From the IMG/VR virus record IMGVR_UViG_3300046501_000385: a DNA stretch of 59,632 bases; one strand, given 5' to 3'. The position numbers and the translations under genes are program-made. This document shows positions 18,141 to 30,100 of the stretch, one piece after another (the stretch's first letter is position 1; each line of letters starts with the position of its first letter). A model generated the notes under the pieces. That model saw nothing but the letters and a program-made list of their open reading frames with translations. It did no database searches and had not been told where the DNA came from. The DNA is from a virus.

Positions 18141-21100
18141 ACGACGCGCGTTTCGGTTACGCGCTTTCGCCCTTCGACTTTTCCTGAATCATCTGGCGTG
18201 CTTGCTTCAGAAAGACCTGTCGCTGCGGATCGTGGGCCGGCCACTTGCTGATCGACTGAGCCCAATCCTTCCATGCCTGCAACGTGTCGAACGGCGTTGG
18301 AGGATCGATTAGTCCCTGGACTGCTTGGATCTGGTTTTCCATTTTTGAAGAATGCCCTCGCGAGTTTCAGAGCGGCTTCGTCAATTTTCCGATCAAGCCC
18401 CGGAACAATTGACGGGTTATAAGGCCTGCTCGTTGAAAAGTCGATGATGCCGGCTCGGTTAGCCACAATCGCTGCAAAGTGATGGAATGCCTCTTTGGCC
18501 TGTGCTTCGGTGATACGGCGCTCCTTCACGAGGTTGGCGAGATAGGGCTCGACCTCATAGGAAATCGTCGCAAGATTGTTCGAGAAGGTGAGGCTGTCCC
18601 GCGTGATATTCGGGCTGGCAGAAAGATAGTCCCTTGCCGCGGATGTCATGCCACCAACGGTATCGTAGCCATTATGCCCGAGCGCGTAGATCTGGTGCAC
18701 GCCGGGGTAAACGGTCGCGGCGATGTCCTGGGCGCTAAGCGGCGTGTCGGCCGGATGATTATGATAGAGCACCAGGCTGCGATCCGGGTTCGCCATTGCC
18801 GAGGCGAGCTTGTTGCTCATGCCGGTGTAGCGTGGATCGCCGGCCGTACCGAACTCAATCGTCGAACCGTCATCGTCAATCGCAACGAGATACTCGTGAC
18901 CGCTCGATCGGCCATTCTCCATGACAATGCGGCGGGCCCAATCGGCGTAGCTCTCGCCCTCGCCACGCTCCGGAGCCTGCGCCTCCTTGAACCGGCCGTC
19001 GCCACGAACAACTGGATCGGGGCGCTTTGCCACGGCAGCGTTTGCAGCACCCTTCTGCTTTGGCTTCAGTGCATCGAGAATACGGCGATGGCGCGCAGAT
19101 GTGTCTGTGAGCTCTTCGGCGTGCTTCCACGGGCCGAGTTGCTTTTCAAGCGCCGGGATCTGCCCCCTCGCCTCTGTCGCGCGATCGCGGTCCAACTGGG
19201 GCACCGTCGAGAGCTTCTTGACGGTGTTGATCACGCGCATGCCGAGACCGGTCGCGTCAACGTCGGCAGCATCCTGGACGTGCACCTGATAGTCACGATC
19301 GCCAGATACCGTGACTTCGAACGCCCGATCATACTGGTGCTCGATCGACAGCGTGAAATCGCCATACTTACCGAGTTCCGTGTCGCCGGCGTGGTCGATC
19401 AGCTCCTTGCGCATGGCCGCGGCTATTGCGGCACCGAATTCCTTCGGCTTATCGAAGCTCTGACCGCCGATCGTCGCCTCAAATGGCTTGTCGGCAATCG
19501 CCTCCGCCCGCTCCGCATCCTTCTGCACGGAGATCGAGCGCGCTTCGATCTCGTCGGCCTCCTGCTTGAGCGACCTGATCTTGCCCTTGATACGGTGCTG
19601 TTCGCGATCGTGCTCGACCGATTGGCCTTCAAGCTGGCGGAGCTTACGGCGGGTTTCCATCTCTTCGAGAATGAGAGGATTGCCGGAGGCCGCAGCCTTC
19701 ATCTCGGCCGCGTTCGCTGCCTCGCCGGCGATGTCCTCGATCTCGCGGGTTTTCAGATTGCCCTTGCGGACCTGCTGGATAAACCGAGCCTTCGCCTCGA
19801 TGCCCTGCCACTGGCGCGCATCGAGGGTGTTCTTCGTCGCGTAGCGAAGGATTTCGATTTCGAAGTTGTCCGGATCCTGTCCATAGAGCTCATTGCCCTG
19901 GCGGATACCACGGCCGTCGCGCTGTTCGAGGTCGGACGGACGCCACGGCGCATCGAGGTGATGGAGCGCAACGAGACGGTTCTGAACGTTGGTGCCGGCG
20001 CCCATCTTCGGCGTTGAACCGAGAAGGACTCGGACGCGGCCTGATCGGACCTTTCCGAACAGTTCTTCCTTCTGCGCCTCGGTGTTGGCGTCGTGGATGA
20101 AGGCGATCTCATCGGCAGGGATGCCGCGGGAAATCAGCTTCTCGCGAAGATCATCGTAGACCGAGAACGTGCTCTGCAGCGCGAGGAAGTCATCGGGCGA
20201 CATGTTGTCGAGCTTTTCCTGCGCCGCCTCGTCGCCCTCGTCTGCCTTCTGGATCAGGGCACGGAGCTCCGCCTCTTCACGGGCGCGAGCCTTCTTCGGC
20301 GTCGAGAGGTCGATGAACACCAGCTGCGTGCCGCGGTCCCCGCTCCAGCGATCGTAGATGCGCTTGATGTTGTCGGCGGAGACATGGACCTTCGAGCCCG
20401 GATGATCCGAATAAGCGGGATCGATCAGGCGCATGTCGAGCGCCGCCTTGCGGGCATCCGACATAACCTTCAGCATGTTATCGGCGCCCTTCTCCGCCTT
20501 CTTCGGCAGATTTTCGGCGCGGTGCACGAGGGAGCCCTTCGGGAACTCGAGGTTACCGTTTTCGTCTGCCTTGCCCTCGCCAATGAAGGCTGCCTGATCT
20601 GGCGAGCGTTCGACGGTGATGTTCGTCGGCTTGCCGCCCTTCACCTTCGGCAGCGGCAGCTTCTTGCCGATCGCAGCCAGCTGCGCCTTGATGTCGTCGT
20701 TGGTGATGACGTCGGCGAAGCTGAGATAGCGCTGCATCAGCTCGGGCATGTTCACGAACTTGGCGAACCGGCTGTTGAGCTTGTACTGACCGCTCGGCGA
20801 GAGCTCCCAATCGCTGACTACCTCGCCGAACACTCTTGCCCAGGCATCGAAATGCGCGACACCGAGATTGCGCAGCGCCTTCTCGTCGAGGTACCGCTGA
20901 ACGGTGAACATCTCGGCCATGGTGTTGCTGAGCGGCGTTCCGGTGAGAAACGCCACGTTATTGCCGCCGGTCTTTTCGAGGATGAACCGGCTCTTCATAT
21001 AAAGGTCGGACGCCTTCTGGCTGCCCGCCTGATTGCCGAGACCGGCAACGCGGTTCATGGATGTGGCGAAAGCGAGGTTTTTGAACTCATGCGCCTCGTC

Positions 21101-24100
21101 GACATAGAGGGCGTCAACGCCGAGCTCGTCGAACGTGAGGCCATCGTCCTTCTTGCCGGCATCCAGCAGCCGTTCCATCTTGGCCTTGAGGTTGTCGCGC
21201 CATTTGGTGAGCTGGGCGACGTTCCGCGACTTCTCGCCGGTGTTACGCCGCAGCTCCCCGATGGACTGTTCGAGATCATCCATCTGTTGCTGGATGAATC
21301 GGCTTTCGTAGTTCGGGTCGATCCCGATCTTGCCGAAAGAGGAGTGGGCGACAATGACGGCGTCCCAGTCACCGGTGGCGACGCGGGCAAATAGCCGCTT
21401 GCGGTTATCCTTCTCGAAATCCTTTTTCGTGGCGGCCAAAACTTTCGCGCCCGGATAGAGGCGAACGAAATCCGCCGCCCACTGCCCAACGAGATGGTTC
21501 GGTACGACAAACATGGGCTTGCGTGCCTGGCCGATGCGGCGCTTTTCCATCGCCGACGCGATTGCGGCGAAGGTTTTACCCGCGCCCACGGTATGGTCGG
21601 CCAATGCCGTTCCGGATTGCAGCGACCGCCATACGAAGTTCTTCTGATGCGGCCGGAAGGAAATGATGTCGTCACCAACCTTGCCCGGCAGCGTGAGGTG
21701 CCCGCCGTCAAAGCTTCGCATGACGTCGGTGTTGAAGGTGTCGTTGTAGAGCCGCGCCAGCTCATCGCGGCGGGCGTCATTATCCCACAACCAACGGCGC
21801 CATTCCGCCTTTACGCGCTCCGCCTTCTCGTTCGCTGCTTCGGTTGCCGGCTGATTGAGGACCGTCGTGCCGTCGTTCATCCGGTCTGAGATCGTGATGG
21901 ACTGACCGTTCATCACCGCACTGAGGACGGTGTCAACGCTGGCGCGATCGGTGCCCCATTGTGTCTGAGCCGCCGAAGCGGGCGACGGAACGTCGAGCAC
22001 CCACTTGGCATTCGCTGCGGAATAGTAGGCCTTCGGCTTCACTGAGGACTGAGCAACATGCTTGATGAAGTCCTCGATGTGCTTCGCCGGCACCCAGGGT
22101 GAACCGGGCTTAACATCGATGTCGATCGCCTCGATATCGGCCGGCTGCACGTCACGCAGAGCGTTGATGTTCCGGCGGAAGTCCGAATCCTGCTCGGCGG
22201 CGCGCTCCGCCTCGGCGAGCTTTTGCTTCACATTACCGGAGAGATAGGCGTCCGCCGTCTCATATGCGCCCGACGGGGTTTTATAGAGAAGTGGGCCAAG
22301 CTCGCTGACAATCGCGTCCGAGGGCTTGCCGTAGAGCCGAGACATTGCGTCCAGATCAACCCGGCCAAGATCATTAAGGATGGTCGCGAGAGCGTCCTTG
22401 GCACTGCTGGCCGACGTCGGGCGGCGGTACGGCTGCTGGGTTCGCTTCGAGAAGATCGCTGCTTTTTGCGCCGATGCTGGCGTTGCCTTCTCGCCGGTCG
22501 CCTTCGCAACGGTAGCGCTGATACCCTTATCGAAACCCTGCTCCAGTGCCGAAATTTGGGGCCAAGTGGGATCATCGCGAAACAGCCGCTTGTTGGCGTC
22601 CGCATTGATCGGGCCGTGTTTCTTGACGAACCCGTCGTAGAGAGTGTTGAGCCGGTTGCGGAGGTTCTCGATCTGCTGGTCGGTAGCCTTCTCGTCAATC
22701 TGCGCACGACGCAGCCGGGCGAAGGCGTCACGCACGCGCACCATGCCCGACACACGTTCCTTTGCCGTCTCATTCGGGAAAGCAACGGCAGCAGACTGCG
22801 CTTGCCCGATTGAATCGGAAAGGCGCTGGTGGATGGTTCCATCCGGAGCCGCAAACATCGAGCCAACCTGCACGTCGTTGACCGTCTCCGGCACTGACAC
22901 GGTCTCTGTGGCAACGTGACCGGGCTCCACCATGATGTTTTCGGGAAGGCTGCGGATAGCCTTCGCGAGCTCGGCCGGCGTGTCCTGGCCCCCACGCGCG
23001 ATCAGCGCTGGCTCATCTGGCCCATACATCGAGCCGAACGCGCCGAACTCGCCGAGCATCATCTCGGGATGCGCAACGAAGTAGTCATTGAGCGGGACCA
23101 CGTTACCGTCACGCCCGCGATAGTCGGACACACCAAGCCATTGGCTCGACGATGGTGCCTCGCCGGCAAGGCGTTTGCGGAGAATGACGATATCCGTGGT
23201 TACCTCGGTACCTGCATTCTTGAGGAACGCGTTATTCGGCAGGCGAATTGCCGCGACGAGATCGGCCTGTTTCGCGATGAGGTTTCGCGCCGCGGCTGAC
23301 TGACCATCGAGGAAGCGGTTGGTGACAACCATCGCCAACACGCCACCCGGGCGCAGAGCGTCGACACTCTTTGCGAAGAAGAAATTATGAATAGACAGCT
23401 TGTTTAGGTGACGACGGTCCTTGTCGTATACCTTTTCGCTGCCGAAAGGCGGGTTGCCGATCGCTAGATCGAAATAGCTATCAGGCACCGAGAGCTTTTC
23501 GAAGCCCATCGGGGTCTGGATGTTGGCGCTGGGATAGAGGTTCTTCGCGATACCGCCGGTAACGCGATCGAGCTCGACGCCAGTCACCTTTGCCGCGTTC
23601 CGGACATCCCCCGGCATCAGGCCGAGGAAGTTGCCAGCGCCCACCGACGGTTCGAGCACCTGCCCGCCCTTGAAACCAAGCTTCCGTGCAATGTCCCAAA
23701 TCGCAGACACGACTTCGGCCGCGGTGTAGTGCGCGTTGCGCGTCGAGGATTCGGCGGCGCTGTATTCCTCCGGTGAAAGCAGGCCCTTCAATTCGGCCGC
23801 CTGCTTCTCCCATCCCTTGGCAACAGAACCATCTTCGCGGGCGAATGCCTGGCGTAATCCGCCCCAGCCTACCCACTTTGCAAGCACTGCCTGTTCGTCA
23901 CGGGTTGCCGGGCGCTTCTCTTCGTCGAGGGTGCGCAGTAGCCTGATCGCAGCGACGTTGCCAGCAAACTTGGCCTTCTGACCGCCCTCGCCGAGGTTGT
24001 CGTCGGCAGACAACGTGTAGTCAACTGCGCGCTGCTGTGCCGGCACCGCGGCGGATTGGACATCGCGCAACTGATCCGATATATTCTCATCTGTTCGCGG

Positions 24101-27100
24101 CGGGGCCGACGCAGGCCGGTCACCCCACAAAGCGCTGAGACGGCGTGAACTTTTCTCAGAGCGCCGCGAACCATTTTCAAAAGCAGTCAGCAGCCATGTT
24201 TTCGCGGTGCCGTCATAGTCGAGACGCACACCGGCATTGCCGCTCTCGTCACTGAGCTGGATGCGACGAGTGGTGCTGCGATCCTTGTCAACGTGAAGAC
24301 GATCGATGAAACCTTGGAGATTGCCGAGCACTTCCGGGTGCCATGCAATCAGCTTGGCGAGGCCAGCTCCGTTGCTCGCGTTCGTGCCGGCATTCCCCCA
24401 AACGAGATCGATGGGCCCTACGTCTGGATGCGAGAGAGCGCCGATCGCGTCGCCGGTCTGGCGGCGCTCGAGCTCTAGCGCTGCTTCCCGCCACTTGCCT
24501 TCGTAGCCGCGAAGAATCGGGCCGAACGGACCCTGCTCTAGATTTTCATCGACCGCTGGCCGCTTGCTGCGGCTTTCGCCATCTGATGCGTCAGTTCGCT
24601 TTTCGGAGCGGGTGTCGCGGTCTCTTCCGGCAGCAAGAGATAGTTCTCCCTGCTCATCTGCCACGCCTCGTCCGGACTGTACCCGCTCTCCTCGAGCTGG
24701 CTTGTCTCGCGATACGTCTGCTCGGCCGCGTCCGTCAGCGCCTGGTCGAGTTTCCCGGCTGCTTTCAGCTCCCGGTACTTCGTCGGCAGGTGTTCCTTCC
24801 AGTGCTGGCGACCCAGCTCGATCCAGTTCTGCAGGTTCACTCTCGTCTCCCGTGATCGTGGCGACATCGATGCCGTCCACCTCGGTCGCGCTCGACATGT
24901 CGGCGAAGGCTGACGCGCGCGGATCGTACTTTACACCCATATACCACGATTTCAGATACGGGCGCGCTGCCTCGCCTAGATCGACGAGCATGGCATTGGC
25001 ATAAGCCGCGAAAGTGCGGGCGCCCCTCTCGATGTGGTAACCGGCGAGCGTAATGCCAGCCTGCATAAGCTCAGGATCGATACCAGAGTTGATCTGGTTA
25101 AGCTTCTTGCGAAGAAGCGCGCGGGCCTTTTCAGCCGCATCGAGCGTGAAAATCTTGTTGACGGACACGGCCGGCTTTGACTTCGGCTGTGCGGCCGGCG
25201 TGGCCTGATCGACAATCTGGATGATGTCGGGGTTCAGGATCTCGTAGACCTGATATGTACCGGTTCCGCTAGCATAGGTCAGGACGTCATAGCCGCGCTC
25301 GCGAGCCTCTTCCCGGAAAAAGGCCTGGCGCTGATCCATATCGAACCCCGGCCGTTTGCCAGACGCATTTAGCACTTCGTCGAACGCCGGTGGTCGGTCG
25401 CTCAGTGACTTGCGGTCAAGGATCTTCGCAGACGTCGGGATCTTGATCGCCAACGTTTCGTTGCCAGTCGTTCCACCATATGATTCCGCCGTCCTACGAT
25501 CGGTCGTGAACATGATGCCCTTGTGGGTCGGGCGGAATTCGTATTCGCCGGCCTTGATCGCCGCGATTTCGGCTTTGCTCGCGCCGCGCCAAAGGTCGAT
25601 CTCGGGTGCGTCGGCGGATACGATCTGCGGCGGCCCGGATTGTGCGCGTTCCTGCTGCGGGGCCTGTTCTTCCCGTGTCGGAGCCGCGGGTTTCTCCCTG
25701 ACCTCGAACCGCTTCCCGTTCTCGACGACTTCGTGCGAGCTCCCGAGCGACTGCTTGGCAATATAGGCGTCCGCCTTCTCGCGCGAGCCGAACCACTTCG
25801 GCGCGAACGGCTGATCAGTCTTGCCCGACTTCAGCCACTGCTTGAAATCATCCATCGTGGTTGCGGAGATGTCGCCAAGGCCTTTCCAGCCGGCGGTGTA
25901 GTTTTCGAGGTAGGCCTTGCGCGCCGCCTCCTCGGTATCGAAACCGAGCATCACCTTGTGCTCGTCGAAACGGCCGTTCTCGCTCTTCTGGTCAACAACA
26001 AACACCGGCGCGCTGTCGTCGAGCTCGCTCACACCAGGGCGAACGAAGGTATCGATATGATCCTTGTCGCGGCCAATGGTCCCGCGGATGTAGCCATAGT
26101 GGCTCTTCATCTTGACGGACCATGGCTTGCCGCTGGCGTCGGTGCCCTTGCGTTCAGAGCCTTCGGGGTTCTCTACTGAGATATCGAGGCCGCCGAGCTT
26201 GAGCCTGCCAACCTTGTAGTTTCCGGCTTCCTTCTGAGCCTGCGTCGGCTCGGGCAAATCGTTCTTGGGAGAGGTTGCCGCCTCATGCGCAGATGAATCG
26301 TCCGCGCCGTCTGTCCTCTGTCCTTGGACAGCGGACGCAGACATTTCGGTGATGGCGTTGCCAGCGTGCATGCGGCTGTAGGCTTCGTAGCCGTTGACAT
26401 CGGAGGCCGGTTGCCAAAGCTCCAGCGGGAAGCGGCCAACGGCTGGCTGATCGTGCACTGGAACGTCGCGTCCGTCCGGCATCACGCCCCAGCGGTTCTG
26501 TGCTTCGTTCCATGTCAGCAGCGACGCCTTGCCATCCTTGATGATGACGCGCGAGCCTTTCGAGCCGATACCGCTCATGCCTGCTGTGCTGAGAACGGAC
26601 GCGTTCGCATCGACGTAAACCGTCTTCGCGGTGCGCGGCTTCAGGCCGCTATCACCCTCGTGCCCCGGATCGTTCCTCGCCGCCTTGGTGCGAACCGTGG
26701 TTCCGTCCTGGTGGACCTCGTACACACTGCCCTTGGCCGTGGTGAAGCGGGACACGACACCAGCCGGCATATCCGGAACCGCGGTGACATCGGCGGGCGT
26801 CGTCTTAGGCGTCTCCGGCGTCCGAACCGCCTCGAGCTTCTTCCTGATCGCGGGCGTGAAACCAGCCCACTTCGATTTCTCGCTACGCTTGATGCCGGTC
26901 TCTGCGAGGACACGCTTGCGCCCGAGATCATCGAGCGTCAGGTCCCACCAGTCGGCAAAGCTATCGCCCTGCTCTGTGGTTTCCGGCGCAGCGCTGGCGG
27001 CGCTCTCCTCGTTCTTGCGATCACGCTGCCACTGGCGCAGCCGCGTGTCGTTGACCGGATGCATATGCACCGGCAACGTGGATCGGGCTTCCTTCGCCGC

Positions 27101-30100
27101 GCGGTCGACACGATAGCGGTAATCATCGGCCATCGAGGTGATGGCAGTCGGCGAGACATTGAAGGCATCGGCAAGACGCTTCACCTCGGCGGCACTTACC
27201 CGTTCAAGGTCTGTGTGAGCTTCCCTGCCCAACTTCTTCGCAATAAAGCGAGATTTCGCGAGGTCGAACAACGCGGCGTGGTTCTCGTCGGGAAGTACGA
27301 CTGTCTTTCCGATAACCTTTCGGCTGTTTGGACCGGCGTCACCAATCTCGCGTTCGATCGGTGGATTTCGTTCAAGATCCTGCTTCTCGATCTGCTTTGG
27401 GGTAAGCTTATCGACATAGAGGCGGTCAACAGGAACCTGCAGCACCTCGCCGTCGTCGGTCGTGACAACGGTTTCGGTGTCGCCTTCCTCATAGCTCTCG
27501 ACCTTTGCAGCGAAGCGCCCTACCCGCGCATCATCGACGATGACGCGCTGACCAGGCGACGGGCGCCCGCGAAGACGTTCCGTCGCCGCCTGCATATCCT
27601 TCTGAGCGGGAAGCGGCTCGCTCTTGATCTCGCTGGCAACCGGTGCCTGCGGTTCAAGCGCTGGGTCTTTCGAAAATTCGGGAATGCTATCATTGATCGG
27701 AACCGGTCCTTTCTCGATCGGGTTTTCCCGATTGAGCTGTTCCGGCGATTTGGCAATCTGGCTGATGCTCGCGATCGGAACCTGATACACTTCGCCGCTG
27801 CCGCCATCGATGACGACGGCCTCATCGCCCTCGTAGCTGTCTACGCGCGCCATGAACGGGTCGATGCCCTCATGATCAACGCGGACCGTCGCGCCGACTG
27901 AGGGACGGTTGGCCTGCTCCCGCTCGATGTCAGCAGATGCCGTTTTCAGCAACCCGTCGATGTGATCGTTGGCGGTCTTTCCGCTCCGCCCGAGGTCCAG
28001 CAGCCAATCCGGCATGGTATCGTCGGCCAGTCGCTGCTGCTGTCGGCCTGCGATCTGCTCCTCGGCGTGCTGCACCGAGCGCCCGATCGGGCCCTTGGGC
28101 TGAGGCGCGGCCTCGGGTGCCGGTGCTGCTACGGCAGGCGCCGCCGCGGAATGTTCGGGGGAGGCTGGGCGGAACGCGCCGCCTGCGCCGCCCATGCCTG
28201 CACCCATGGCACCGCCAGCCGCGACACCGGATGCAACCGCCTCCCCCACGCCTTCCGTCAGAGACTGGTTTGGATCAGCCTTCTGAACGGCCGCGTTTTC
28301 CGCAATCGTCTGTGCCGCGCCCTGCGGCGCTTCTTCGAGCAAGCCTTCGCCCACGAAACCACGGGTGGCTCCGGCGACGATGCGCTTGACGATGCCGCCA
28401 CCGACACCTTCGGCAATAATCTTGGCGAGCGCCCGATCGCCCATACCGCCAAACATGCCGGTGGCAACACCTGCTGTGAGGAACGCCTGGGAGGCAGCGT
28501 CCTCGGAAAGAGCCTTGATGGCCTCGTCTTCCGACATGCCACCCTGTACCATCGCCCGAACGGCTTCAGTCTTCGCCAGCTGCTCGCGCGGCAGTTTCCC
28601 GATCTTGTCACGAACGTTGCGAGCGGAATCGGCTCCGCCCATGGTGCCTTCGGTAATGGCACCTGCGAGTGTGGCCGTTCTGGCAGCAGTCGCGGCTGCC
28701 GCGCGTTCCGTAGCGCCAGCCGCAAGAGCACGCAGATATGCCCCACGCGCCAACACGCCGCCTGGCAACATCGTGACGACGGTACCGGGAGCGCTTTCAC
28801 CGACGGTGCGGAGATAGCTGCGAGGATCGCGCCACGCTGGGCCGAAGGTATGCTTCTTATCGTCCCACCAGTTCTTGGCGTCGGCGTCCTGCTGGCGCTC
28901 TGTCACGCTGGCATTCGCCCGCTGCTGGGAATCGGCCATCTTTTGGTCGATGGTCTTGCCCATCACCCAACGGTCGATGTCGTCGGACGCCTTCAGGAAG
29001 TCGTCGCCGCCTGGCAGCTTCCGAAATAGCGTGTCGGCCAACGAGGATAGCGACTGCCCAACTCCGATCGTACCGGATTTCAGGATGCGGGCTGTGTCGC
29101 CGCCAATGCCGCCGGAGCGGTTATCGGCTTCCCACTGTTTCTGCCAGTTCGGAAGCTCGCTCTCGTCGATCGCGACGTAGCGGCCCGGGTTCTCCGCCTC
29201 GAGCTGCTGCTGCCGATCGGTCACTCCGACGTTGTGCTGCTCGGTGAAGGCACCCATCCGGTTCTGTTCAGCCTGGGCGCTGGCGTCCGCCTGCCGCTGA
29301 TCGGCAGCCGCCACCTGCGTATCCACCGTCTGCTGGATTGGGTTGCCCTCGGGATAAAGCCCCATCGGATCTTTGACCGCGAAGTGAGCATTGGCAACAA
29401 TCGTTGGCGCTTCTGACTTTGGTGAGCTGGGCGCCTCAGCGTCATGACCGTCACGAGCGTCCGCCGTCTCGATATGCCAGTTCTCGTTCTTGAGCGGGAA
29501 GCGCATGCCATACTTCCCGGCATTCGCGTGCACCCAATCGACGACTTCCTTCGGCGCCGATGAAAATTCGCCTCCGTTCCAGCCGAGATCGGCAGCATCG
29601 CCGTGTTGATGCCGCGATCCACCTGGGGCGCCGATGTTCGCCGACATGCCGGTCTGCTTGAAAATCGGCTTCCACTTCTGACCGGCCTCAACTGGGCCCA
29701 TGGCGTCGACGTCAGCCAGCCACGCCTTGCGGTCGATCCCGTACTTACCGGCGTTCTCCGCGATGATCTGCGCCTGCCGCTCCGGAGAGCGCGCACCAGA
29801 AAGGATGTCGAGGCCGGATTTCACGAAATCCGGTGCATCGTTGAACATCGCAGTGAGGCCAGACTGAAGGCCCGGCTTCATGTTGCTGACGTACTCGGCG
29901 GGCTTGCCTGGCTGAAGCTTGCTCAGCAGCATGGAGCTGTCGGCGCTACCGTCCTTCGGCTGTTCCGCCTTCTTCGGGTTCAGGATTGCCTCGAACGGAT
30001 CGACGACGCTGCCATCGAGGCCGGGTGCAAAGGCTGTCTTGGCGGAAGGCTTGCTCTGCCCGGGCTGACCGGACTTGTAGAAGACGTGGCGACCGCGTTT

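Noticed and set aside
18479-20017. 512-aa plus-strand ORF (and similar 26324..27901, 20093..21394, 15752..16876, 27962..29029, 29603..30583) antisense to the giant gene
   Set aside because: These are Arg/Leu/Ala-rich low-complexity translations with no motifs. They lie wholly inside a minus-strand ORF that carries many canonical catalytic motifs. They are typical shadow ORFs of GC-rich DNA.
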